From IMG/VR virus record IMGVR_UViG_3300037586_000906, positions 1 to 25,518 of that record: a stretch of 25,518 nucleotides of DNA; one strand, written 5' to 3'. Source of the DNA: a virus. Its lineage: Duplodnaviria > Caudoviricetes. The notes under the pieces are model-generated. The model was not told the DNA's origin. It saw nothing but the letters and a program-made list of their open reading frames with translations, and did not search any database. This document shows, in pieces, positions 1 through 8,609 of the stretch. The stretch's first letter is position 1. Each line of letters begins with the position of its first letter. The translations under genes and the position numbers were made by a program.

Positions 1-559
1 GCTTTTTAGTAGAATCGTTGTATAGAAAATCTGGTGCTGATTGTGTTCCTATAGTATTAGTGAAGTTAGCTGGCGCACCAAAATTATTCGCAGCCGCTTT
101 AAAAGATGTGCTGTCAAGTGTGGTAAAAGTCCCTGCCCTGTTAGACGGATTCATCAACTGATAGTTGTCATGCGTGTAGTTATAAATAAACATGCACAAC
201 TGACCGGCCTCGATATCACCAGACCCCGCCGGTATATCGTGATACTTCTTGACCTCTTTGACTCCCAGGCTATCGATGTTAAGAGTCGCACTTGCAGAAG
301 CATTATGGTTAGCCCGGGCAATGATAATGGCTGAGTCAGACAAAGAAGCATTGGCATTGTTTGTGGTTAAGGTGTAAGCACCTCCACTACCACCGAGAAT
401 GAGAGAGCCATTCTGGTCATTATGGTTTTTAGCCAAGGCTGCCATCATTTCTCGAGAAGAATTATTCAAGCCTGATGGGGCCATGTTTTCTGGAAAACCG
501 TCCGGCGAAGTAGTACTGTTACTGCCAGCCGTAGTTGACCATTTTGATACGTTTGTCAT
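1..559 (-). CDS. Tail fibre/tailspike, N-terminal virion-attachment part (runs off the window edge; missing from the ORF track)
   Basis: Hand translation from ATG at 559 (SD-like AGGTG): MTNVSKWSTTAGSNSTTSPDGFPENMAPSGLNNSSREMMAALAK...ATLNIDSLGVKEVKK...GDIEAGQ. The frame stays open to base 1. The WSTT..N/ENMAPS.NN..REMMA start and TLNI..LG motif resemble podophage fibre N-termini, and the gene follows the ejection genes. Confidence 0.75.
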   Translation of the reverse strand, partial: MTNVSKWSTTAGSNSTTSPDGFPENMAPSGLNNSSREMMAALAKNHNDQNGSLILGGSGGAYTLTTNNANASLSDSAIIIARANHNASASATLNIDSLGVKEVKKYHDIPAGSGDIEAGQLCMFIYNYTHDNYQLMNPSNRAGTFTTLDSTSFKAAANNFGAPANFTNTIGTQSAPDFLYNDSTKK

Positions 560-567
560 AATTTCAC

Positions 568-3462
568 CTATTTATTTTCCTGGGGGGGTTGGCGCATCCG
601 CATTTCTTTATTGCTAAACACTTCCTCTGTCTGCTCAAAAAACTCTGTAAGATACCCCAGTAACCTGGTCTTGTTGTCATTGTGTGCCCTCTTGGCAAGG
701 CTTTTTATTAGTTTCAAATCCCGCATCATACCATTAACCTGTCGCTCATACCCTGCGGCATCATCAAACTTATAAAGCCTGAAGCCGAATAGATACTGTA
801 TTATCCTGGCTGGCCCATGCATGTCGGTACGGCTTTCCCTCTCAGTCGGGAATCCAAACTTCATTCCTTCTGTCCTTAACTTAAACTCCTTGTCTGTATA
901 TAATTCCGGGTTACCTCTCCGGAACCCCATGCTTGGAAGGTTTATCTCTGTCTCAGGCAACAAGTCATAGAAGCTTCTAGTCCTGGTCCTCACCCCTGTC
1001 TCTGGGTCTATTGTGCTTTCACCAAAGATGTTGCCGGGGTTTGCTCTGTCTAACTCGTTTAACATAACCAGGTACCTGGCCAAGTGAGCAGCATGTACTG
1101 GCATCTCTATTCCAAGGAAGTCAGTAGTTTGTCCTGTTGTTTCGGCTATTGTCTTTCTCCTGAAGAAGTCATAATTAACAAGGTACTGTATCGGTGCAGA
1201 GATAAACGGAGATAGCATATTGGCAAACTCATCTATCTTTGCAAGTCGTGCCAAGTCTGCAGCAGGAAGATAATTCATTAGTTGCATGACCTGACCATTC
1301 TTCTCGTCATCACCTATCCATATCGGGACATTACCTTTGATGTATTCATGTACCAGTTCATGGTTTGGTTTATTTGCGTCCCTCTCCATAGCATTCTTAA
1401 AGATACTTATCTTCTGCATTTTGTCTGGTTGCGTAAGCAGTGCCTCTATTTGCAGAGGTATATTCTTCCTAGACCATGTATAGAATGGAAACACCCTCTT
1501 CATCGTATTCTGCTCAAAGTGACTTAGATCCTTATAGTCAAACAGATACTTCTTAACATGGTCAGCAGCCTCTTTAACGGACGCACCTTTAAGTCGTTTA
1601 TCAAGATAGAGCGCAGCCCTTGCGTTTGTTTCGATATGCCCGCCAACCTTGAAGCCAGCTTCCAATAGAGCATTCTTTGACGATGGTGTCAACACATCAC
1701 CAATGCCTATCTCTCTAGTGAATGGTCCTTTACGCATCTCAATGTTCATAGACTGGATTACATCATCATGCCATTGGCCGCTCTGAAATATTCCATTATC
1801 TATCATCTCGTCTATTAGGACTTTCCCGTCCATTCCAGCAACCTTACCAAACTTGCCAGTCGCTTCCATTCTTTGTAGGGTAAGCGCATCAGCATAACGT
1901 TTTGGGTTTTTCAGTCCACCAAGGTATGCATTCCAGATATTGCCAATAATATTCCTTCCATGATAAGCGGGTCTTGCTCCGAGACTCCACATCTTCCACC
2001 AATTCTGTGCACCATCAAACGACTTGGCAAATTTTGACATCTCCACATTGTTTGTCAGGAGATTATATTGCTGTTGGATCATCTCTGCCGTCTTCGGATC
2101 ATATTTAATAGTATCGTTCACCGGCAACTGGGTTTTATTATCCATAATAAATTTATACCCAGGTGGTGCTTCTGCCGCTGATGTACCTATCCTCCGCATT
2201 TCACGCATGTATTCGGATCCAGCCATTGCCATCAGGCCGTCCACTTCTCTTATCCTAGTAACCGTTGCTACATCATCCATGAATATTTTCTTACCACCAC
2301 CATCCGGGAAGTAGTAATTGAGGAGGTCTGGATCACTATTGATCTCATCTACTGTCCCGGCTAACTTTCTTTGCTTAGCAGCATCCAGCTGGAAAACGTT
2401 ACCACTTCTGGAGGGAGGTGGTTCCCCCCCCTTGAGTATTTGTGCAACTTCGTCAGTGGCGACATGCGGGAAGTACCCCAAGTCATTATCCATCATCTCG
2501 CTTATATTGACTCCAGCCTTCTTCTCGGCATCAAGCATCTTCTTAAACTTGGCGGTAAGGTTCTGTGCAATTGCCATGGTGTCACTATCAAAAACTCCTT
2601 TTCCATACCCTGCCATCTCCAGCATCTCATCAGTCTTGCCTCCTGTCTCGACCGCATTAATAATTGTCTTGGACATGTCCTCATAAGGCACTCCCGCTTT
2701 CTTAGCAAGTGCTTCGACTTGGTCAGTCAACTTAAGGTATTCCTTTAGAGACCTATACTTGCCTGCAGAGATAAAGTCCCGGAGTTTCTTTGCACTCTCT
2801 TTAGCTGTAAGTGCATTGCCAGTATGGACATTCAAAAACCCAAGATATTGTTCCTCGTTATACTTTCCTTTGAGAGCATCTCCCATCTTTTTAAGAACAG
2901 GCAAATCCCCCATGACTTTAGCTACATGGAATGGAGCAGTAAACACTGGAGATGTGACATATGTCAGAGGGTCTTCAGCAATCATCAGGGATATATCCCC
3001 GACAATAGATGCCACTGGGTGATTCTCTTTAAAGTCTTTAGGGAAGTGGTCTGCAGGAGATTTATAAGTCTGCTGCCTCCACCCCTTCATAAATTCCTCT
3101 AAAACAACTTGGTCTCGAGCCATTTGCTTCTTAAAGTTATCAGCTATAGGGGCATCCGGGTCATAGTCCTCACCTAAAAGGCCCTTCGGTTGGCGGGTCG
3201 CTGCCGCCACCAACCCGTGGTGTACTGCATTCCTTCCTTTGTCAAGGAAATTAAGTGCATCAAGAAAAACATTACCAGACTTCTTAAGGGCATTTATTCC
3301 TTTAGTTGTAGGAGGACGAGGGTCGGGGGGCCTGTGAGTAGCCAATTGTTGAGCAGCAAAAACAGCATCTCTTCGTGCTTGCTCATTTCCCATATTGTCA
3401 TTCGCATTCCTGGCTGCATCCAGAAATGCTGTTAGTAATTCTTTCGGCAGTTGTGTATCCAT
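568..3462 (-). CDS. Large internal virion/DNA-ejection protein, C-terminus LPD38-like
   Basis: 964 aa, mostly helical-looking; C-terminal YLFDYKDLSHFEQNTMKRVFPFYTWSRKNIP motif is typical of these proteins; last and largest of three consecutive ejectosome-position genes. Confidence 0.65.
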   Translation of the reverse strand: MDTQLPKELLTAFLDAARNANDNMGNEQARRDAVFAAQQLATHRPPDPRPPTTKGINALKKSGNVFLDALNFLDKGRNAVHHGLVAAATRQPKGLLGEDYDPDAPIADNFKKQMARDQVVLEEFMKGWRQQTYKSPADHFPKDFKENHPVASIVGDISLMIAEDPLTYVTSPVFTAPFHVAKVMGDLPVLKKMGDALKGKYNEEQYLGFLNVHTGNALTAKESAKKLRDFISAGKYRSLKEYLKLTDQVEALAKKAGVPYEDMSKTIINAVETGGKTDEMLEMAGYGKGVFDSDTMAIAQNLTAKFKKMLDAEKKAGVNISEMMDNDLGYFPHVATDEVAQILKGGEPPPSRSGNVFQLDAAKQRKLAGTVDEINSDPDLLNYYFPDGGGKKIFMDDVATVTRIREVDGLMAMAGSEYMREMRRIGTSAAEAPPGYKFIMDNKTQLPVNDTIKYDPKTAEMIQQQYNLLTNNVEMSKFAKSFDGAQNWWKMWSLGARPAYHGRNIIGNIWNAYLGGLKNPKRYADALTLQRMEATGKFGKVAGMDGKVLIDEMIDNGIFQSGQWHDDVIQSMNIEMRKGPFTREIGIGDVLTPSSKNALLEAGFKVGGHIETNARAALYLDKRLKGASVKEAADHVKKYLFDYKDLSHFEQNTMKRVFPFYTWSRKNIPLQIEALLTQPDKMQKISIFKNAMERDANKPNHELVHEYIKGNVPIWIGDDEKNGQVMQLMNYLPAADLARLAKIDEFANMLSPFISAPIQYLVNYDFFRRKTIAETTGQTTDFLGIEMPVHAAHLARYLVMLNELDRANPGNIFGESTIDPETGVRTRTRSFYDLLPETEINLPSMGFRRGNPELYTDKEFKLRTEGMKFGFPTERESRTDMHGPARIIQYLFGFRLYKFDDAAGYERQVNGMMRDLKLIKSLAKRAHNDNKTRLLGYLTEFFEQTEEVFSNKEMRMRQPPQENK

Positions 3463-3475
3463 AAGTAGTTAAAGG

Positions 3476-5167
3476 TTAATTTGCACCCGGCAGTTGTGTA
3501 CCCATCAATGCCCTTAAGAAGTCTTCACTTAGTTCTGTCCCTTCAGGGAGAAACTGGTTAAGCAATTCCAGCATTTCCTGCGGTGTCATTTCACCTGCTG
3601 GCGGTGGGTTTTCTGCATTTAGCCCAATGTCGGTGACTGCCAATATAGGAAGCATTGCTTTCTTGGCGGCCTCCTGTGCGGCCTGGTCAAACGCACCAAT
3701 GTTTTTGGGGAGTTTATCTCCATCCTCCCAGCCATAATTATCACGCAGAAATTGCTTGCCGGCAGTGACCTCAAGGTTCCATTTCTGTTTGCCCCATGTA
3801 GTAAGTTGACTTTCCAGCCTGCCTTTTAGTGCATTGCCTTTAACTTGTAATAAGGCCCTGTCTTCTGGAGCAAGGTTTGGATCAGCAAGCCGTTCGGCAA
3901 CCTCTTCATATGCTGTCCAATCTTTCTGAAAACCAGTCTTGCCATATAGAGCAACATACTCTTCCATTCCAGGAGCAACGATAGCCCCTTTATTTGGGTC
4001 TCTTGGGTCTGTCCAGACATAACCTGGGGGAAGTCCCCTAGTCCAATTTGGATCTTCAAACATCATCTCTATCGCTTTATCTGGATCTAGTTGCGCCTTC
4101 AACAACTCCTTGCCAGTAAGTCCTCCATACATGAGGTAATTATTGTAAATTTTATGCCGCCTAATATCTGACTCACCCTGAAGCCTGTCTGCCTCTCTCT
4201 TCCGTTTGGCACCAGGACGGTTCCATTCATCCTGCTCTTTCAACAATCCATCTAGCTCACCTTGCGCTTTTGTTATTGCGTCTGGGTCTTCAAGGGCATA
4301 TGCCCTATCGAGGTCGGCTTGGGCCCTCTTTATCGATGGCCAAAGTCCGCTATCTCCGGCTCCGGCCGGAGGTTCAATAGGAGGAGTGGTTGTCTGATTC
4401 AGTACTCTATCCTTAATTATTTGTTCCCACCGTTTCCGCTTCTTCAGTGCTATATCAAACTCCTCTTTCTTCATGCCGAACTCAGTCTGCCTCATCCTAG
4501 AAGCTATATCAAGCTCCTCTCTCTTCCGTTTGGCACTAGGACGGTTCCATTCATCCTGCTCTTTCAACAATTTATCTAGCTGAAATTGCGCTTTTGTTAT
4601 TGCGTCTTGGTCTTCAGTGGCATATACCCTATCGAGTTCGGCTTGGGCCCTCTTTATCGATGGCCCAAGTCCGCTATCTCCGGCTCCGGCCGGAGGTTCA
4701 ATAGGAGGAGTGGCTATCCGATTCAGTACTCTATCCCTCATCATTTTTTCCAACCGTTTCTGCTTCTTCAGTGCTATATCAAACTCCTCTTTCTTCATGC
4801 CGAAAGCTTCCGTCTGCTGGCCAAACTGCGCCCCCTTTATCCCAGCGTCCATAACACCATAATATGGGTTCAACCTTGGGTCTCCAGGGTTAAGCGAGAA
4901 TGCCTTCCGGTTCTGTAGCATCTGCATGCCCATACCAGCCATACCCGGACCCATTGCTGCGCCACCAAAGAGAGGACTCTTAACTGCGGGTTGTGGTGAT
5001 GGTGTGCCACCGAGCGATCCAAACTGTGGCCCAGGAAGACTGTTAGCTGCCTCTCCCAGACTTGGTAGTCCAGATAACCTGTTTGCAGTGATGCTTCCAG
5101 GAGGCTGTCCACCACCGAGACCTTGAAGCATTGGAATTAACCCTGATAATTTCTGAGCAAAAGTCAT
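3476..5167 (-). CDS. Probable DNA-ejection (internal virion) protein with an internal 96-aa duplication
   Basis: 563 aa; G/P/M-rich N-terminus, then charged helical repeats; TAATG coupling with the upstream gene at 5167; ejectosome position. Confidence 0.55.
   Translation of the reverse strand: MTFAQKLSGLIPMLQGLGGGQPPGSITANRLSGLPSLGEAANSLPGPQFGSLGGTPSPQPAVKSPLFGGAAMGPGMAGMGMQMLQNRKAFSLNPGDPRLNPYYGVMDAGIKGAQFGQQTEAFGMKKEEFDIALKKQKRLEKMMRDRVLNRIATPPIEPPAGAGDSGLGPSIKRAQAELDRVYATEDQDAITKAQFQLDKLLKEQDEWNRPSAKRKREELDIASRMRQTEFGMKKEEFDIALKKRKRWEQIIKDRVLNQTTTPPIEPPAGAGDSGLWPSIKRAQADLDRAYALEDPDAITKAQGELDGLLKEQDEWNRPGAKRKREADRLQGESDIRRHKIYNNYLMYGGLTGKELLKAQLDPDKAIEMMFEDPNWTRGLPPGYVWTDPRDPNKGAIVAPGMEEYVALYGKTGFQKDWTAYEEVAERLADPNLAPEDRALLQVKGNALKGRLESQLTTWGKQKWNLEVTAGKQFLRDNYGWEDGDKLPKNIGAFDQAAQEAAKKAMLPILAVTDIGLNAENPPPAGEMTPQEMLELLNQFLPEGTELSEDFLRALMGTQLPGAN
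4192..4804. repeat. Direct repeat pair 4192-4480 and 4516-4804 (289 bp each, offset 324 bp, in frame)
   Basis: Manual alignment gives 21 mismatches and no gaps; both copies encode FGMKKEEFDIALKK...EQDEWNRP.AKRKRE. Confidence 0.97.
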
Positions 5168-6627
5168 TATTTCATTCCTCCAAGTGCGCCAAGTCCTGCA
5201 AGCCCTGCAGACACTGGGTTAGTTAACTCCAGCATACTGGCAAGTCCTGCCCCTCCTAATGCGCCTCCCATTGCGCCACTGAAGCCTCCACCATTTGACC
5301 CGTAGATAGGTTGCTGGCCTGATCTAGTACCGCCGAGTTGACCAACATTGCCAAGCACAGTTGCTGCATAATTCTGCAGTTGCTGGTCAGGCCTATTCTG
5401 GTAGAAATTATACCTATTCATAGAATCTTGCAGTTGACGTTGACCTTGTTGCTCGACCTGTCCGCCGACACCTAATAATTGACCAATGTCCTGATAGTCC
5501 ATCTGAGCAAGCGTTGGAGCCATTGCTGTACCCTGCATCATATTCCTGCGCTCATTAGCGAAAGCATTCTGACCGAGGTTTGCGCCTTGCATGCCGAGAC
5601 CCATTGAGCCCATGTAGCCTTGCTGCTCAAGACCAGTGCCTTGTAATGCATTAGCTATGTCACGGTTATACCCTTGTGTGAGTTGTCCTGCTCCTTGCAA
5701 TCCGAGACCTTGGCCGGAGCGTAGATTCTGCATCTGTTGCTGGGCTGCATTCAGACCAAGACCTTGACCAGACCTGAGTCCCTGCGTAAGCTGTCCTGCT
5801 CCTTGGAGACCTCTGCCCTGAGATGTATCATAAGCACGTTGTATTTGTCCTGCTGCTTGCTGTTGGAGCCCTCTTTCTCGTCCGTAGTTACTGCCGTAAA
5901 GTCCTGTTGCCAGGTCAGCCATTCCAGTTCCTAGCGATGAAGCATGTGCCTCACTGCCTGTCCTACCTCCACCTCCGAAAGCGGCATTGATGCCAGACTG
6001 TACACCTCGGGATGCCTTTTCATATTCAGCGTCTAGGTATGGGTTTGAGCCCAACATACCACCGCTTGCTGCGTTACCGAGATATCCCTGTGCTGGAGTA
6101 GCATTTGGATTGGCATTCATCTGACCCTGTAAGTAATTAGCAGATGGATCATATCCGCTCATTGCCCGCTGACCTTGTAGGAAACCTTTCGTAGGGTCTT
6201 GAGTAGCTGTACGCATTGACCCTTGTAGGAAATTCTGCGATGGGTCTTGTGACCCGTATGCCTGGTCGATAGCACCTTGACCTGGGACATATCCTGCCTG
6301 CCCCATCATAGACCTTCCTGCTGCCATGCCTGGTTGGTTGTAGAGATAATTACCACCGATAGTACCTTGTGCCTGCTGTTGAGCAGCATCTTGCAAAGGA
6401 GACCCCTGCAATGCCCTGCCCTGCATCATATTTAAACCTAATTCGGTCTGACCAGAGAAGGGAGTGTAGGTTGCGTTGGGATAGTAGCTAGGACCACCAG
6501 ACTGAAATAAGTCCTGAGCCCCTTGGTATGCATCCTTCAGATAGGGTTGCGTTGGACCCCAAGGTTCACTTGTCGATATGGTATTTTGAGTACCAACTTG
6601 CTTGGGTGCGCTTGAGCCTTTGCCCAT
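5167..6627 (-). CDS. Gly/Gln-rich DNA-ejection (pilot-type) protein
   Basis: 486 aa; begins MGKGSSAP; very G/Q/A-rich; C-terminal glycine-zipper-like hydrophobic segments (GAMGGALGGAGLA, AGLAGLGALGG); first ejectosome position after the GNAT-like gene. Confidence 0.6.
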   Translation of the reverse strand: MGKGSSAPKQVGTQNTISTSEPWGPTQPYLKDAYQGAQDLFQSGGPSYYPNATYTPFSGQTELGLNMMQGRALQGSPLQDAAQQQAQGTIGGNYLYNQPGMAAGRSMMGQAGYVPGQGAIDQAYGSQDPSQNFLQGSMRTATQDPTKGFLQGQRAMSGYDPSANYLQGQMNANPNATPAQGYLGNAASGGMLGSNPYLDAEYEKASRGVQSGINAAFGGGGRTGSEAHASSLGTGMADLATGLYGSNYGRERGLQQQAAGQIQRAYDTSQGRGLQGAGQLTQGLRSGQGLGLNAAQQQMQNLRSGQGLGLQGAGQLTQGYNRDIANALQGTGLEQQGYMGSMGLGMQGANLGQNAFANERRNMMQGTAMAPTLAQMDYQDIGQLLGVGGQVEQQGQRQLQDSMNRYNFYQNRPDQQLQNYAATVLGNVGQLGGTRSGQQPIYGSNGGGFSGAMGGALGGAGLASMLELTNPVSAGLAGLGALGGMK

Positions 6628-7070
6628 TAGCCTGCTCCTCTTAACTTTGAGGTTCCCAATTGCTTTACCATGGTAACATATTGTTTCTTATATCCCATAG
6701 GTGGACCTATCTTTTCCCACCCAGGTCTACCGACTTCCTCAAACACTTCTGCTCCTTGAAGAATAGCGTAATTCTCAATTACTTCCATCATCGGCTGAAA
6801 CCATGACTTCCGGAGAGCGTCATCACCGGACATCAGTACCATTCTCATTGCTGGATATCGTGGATAATATACCATTTGGGTCACTCCTGCCCCGATATGC
6901 TTACCATTATGCTCGATAACCCATAAGGTCATTTGGTCTGCGAGTATCAATTGAAGGATATCCAGAAGGTCAAATTCACCCATTGAAGCGTCTAATGCTC
7001 TCTGGACATACTTCTCTATATCACGCCAAACTACCATGACATTTGGTCTTTCAATTCTGTTTACTTTCAT
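6627..7070 (-). CDS. GNAT-fold protein (position equivalent to T7 gp13); true start is probably ATG at 7070 (147 aa), not 7202
   Basis: ATGA overlap with the upstream stop at 7067-7070 and a GGAGG upstream; LWVI..GAGVTQ and GRPGWEK..GYK motifs are typical of this phage acetyltransferase-like family. Confidence 0.6.
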   Translation of the reverse strand: MKVNRIERPNVMVVWRDIEKYVQRALDASMGEFDLLDILQLILADQMTLWVIEHNGKHIGAGVTQMVYYPRYPAMRMVLMSGDDALRKSWFQPMMEVIENYAILQGAEVFEEVGRPGWEKIGPPMGYKKQYVTMVKQLGTSKLRGAG

Positions 7071-7498
7071 GCGAATTTCCCGCCTCCAGATTGCAGCCGT
7101 GGCTGCATATACTGACCCTTTCCTCCACCGAATTGCGGTTGTATCTTTCCTCCGCCAAACTGTGGCCTGGGTTGAGGCTGTCCTTTCCCGCCTCCAGCCC
7201 ATTGGTTATATCTCGGATTCATAGGAGGCCTGAAAGGACTTTGTCCTATATTGTTAGCCAGCATTCCAGCTTGCTCATTGAATGACCAAGGCATAGGTTG
7301 AGCATTATATGGGTTTCTCATTGCAGGTGCAGACCTGTTTATTTCAACCGGCGCATTGCTGCTGCTTCCACCACTATATCCATAGCCATAAGTCCCCCCA
7401 CCATTAGGGTTATTATAGGGGGTGGCAGTCTGGTTTTGAGGAAGGTATTGTCTCCAGTCCTCCATGCTTCCCCCTACGTCATAGTCTGTGTATGGCAT
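7067..7498 (-). CDS. Low-complexity G/Q/P/N/Y-rich protein with four GGGK repeats
   Basis: 143 aa; coupled at both ends (TAATG at 7498, ATGA at 7067-7070), which supports real coding. Confidence 0.7.
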   Translation of the reverse strand: MPYTDYDVGGSMEDWRQYLPQNQTATPYNNPNGGGTYGYGYSGGSSSNAPVEINRSAPAMRNPYNAQPMPWSFNEQAGMLANNIGQSPFRPPMNPRYNQWAGGGKGQPQPRPQFGGGKIQPQFGGGKGQYMQPRLQSGGGKFA

Positions 7499-7854
7499 TA
7501 TCTTGCCCTCTGTGTTGTACCGTAAATTGAAAATGTTACCGCTGCTGTTTTGTCAGCCTCGACACCTACACTGCCGCCCTTAGCAACAGTCAAACCAGTG
7601 CCTGGGTCATCAGCAGAAATAAGTACACTTGACAGTCCGTTTATCTGCTCCTTGAAAAACAATGCTGTGCCTGCAGAAAACCTGTTTCCGCCATCATCGT
7701 GAAAAATACTAAACCTTGCCGCAGCCGTCTTGGTATTACAGACACAGATATGCTGTATCTCAGTCTGCAATGTAGCTGAATACGCCAGTTGTGCAGACGC
7801 TGACAAGTCCTGCAGTTGGCCAATTAATGATCCGGGTGCGTAGTTTTCGTTCAT
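7498..7854 (-). CDS. Small beta-rich putative virion protein
   Basis: 118 aa; TAATG overlaps at both ends; IQHICVCN and VTFSIYG strand pattern; located in the tail module. Confidence 0.55.
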   Translation of the reverse strand: MNENYAPGSLIGQLQDLSASAQLAYSATLQTEIQHICVCNTKTAAARFSIFHDDGGNRFSAGTALFFKEQINGLSSVLISADDPGTGLTVAKGGSVGVEADKTAAVTFSIYGTTQRAR

Positions 7855-8609
7855 TAGTTATCCACCAAATATAAGTCAAACCCAGCAGAGACATCTGCCG
7901 CCTTGCCTGTTGGGGTGGAAGTTATAAATATATCTGTCTTCTGGGTAAACTTTTGATATGGACAAAAGTTTTTTTCGTATGTCCCGGTGATAAAGCCGAC
8001 AGTATGTTTTATCTGTGCTGCGCAACTATTGTCCATGTCACTTGCCCATAACTCGAACTGCATCTTCGTTGGGTCTTTATTTGTCTCAGGACTAATCGAG
8101 CCATACAGGTTGCACATATATGCTGTCTTGCCATTCGGTACAGTGTAAATAGCCATTAAGGCCTGGTTATTCCCTGCTGTGATAATAGCGTAGTCCTGAG
8201 TCTCTCCTGCATTGTGGACACGGATATCCTGGTCTGTTACCACATCGGCCAATACCTTCATCCGAAACACCCGAATAAGTGCAGTGCCTAATGTAACTAC
8301 AGTTGTAGTGTCGGATGCATCTAAGGTTGCCTCCTGTACTTTTAAGTCCCAGTTAGCATCTAGGCCCTGTATCTCAACTACCTGGCCTCTCATTGCTGCC
8401 TGGTCAGTTGTCTGACTGATGCTTGTCATTAATGCAGTTGCCGGGAAAACATAAGCAGCAGACCCATCCCATATTTCTTCCTTCGTATTAGAGTCAACAT
8501 TAGAATTACGACCAAACTTATTAACGCCGGTAACGCCGGGAACAAGACCGGCAGAGACAGCTAATTCAAATATTATTGCGACTGCTTTAAAGAGGGCAGT
8601 TATCTTCAT
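7854..8609 (-). CDS. Conserved-type phage protein, probably a beta-sandwich virion component
   Basis: 251 aa; VNKFGRN...EEIWDG...YVFP, VEIQGLDANW and IYTVPNGKTAY motifs recalled from environmental phage proteins; ATGA coupling at 8606-8609. Confidence 0.55.
   Translation of the reverse strand: MKITALFKAVAIIFELAVSAGLVPGVTGVNKFGRNSNVDSNTKEEIWDGSAAYVFPATALMTSISQTTDQAAMRGQVVEIQGLDANWDLKVQEATLDASDTTTVVTLGTALIRVFRMKVLADVVTDQDIRVHNAGETQDYAIITAGNNQALMAIYTVPNGKTAYMCNLYGSISPETNKDPTKMQFELWASDMDNSCAAQIKHTVGFITGTYEKNFCPYQKFTQKTDIFITSTPTGKAADVSAGFDLYLVDN

Noticed and set aside
4192-4804. The duplication as a DGR template/variable repeat pair
   Set aside because: Mismatches are not adenine-specific on either strand, both copies are in frame in one ORF, and no reverse transcriptase is in the window.
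7071-7202. N-terminal extension of the 191-aa ORF (WRRK repeats)
   Set aside because: It is an alternative-frame reading of the GGGK repeats; the ATGA overlap at 7067-7070 gives a better start.
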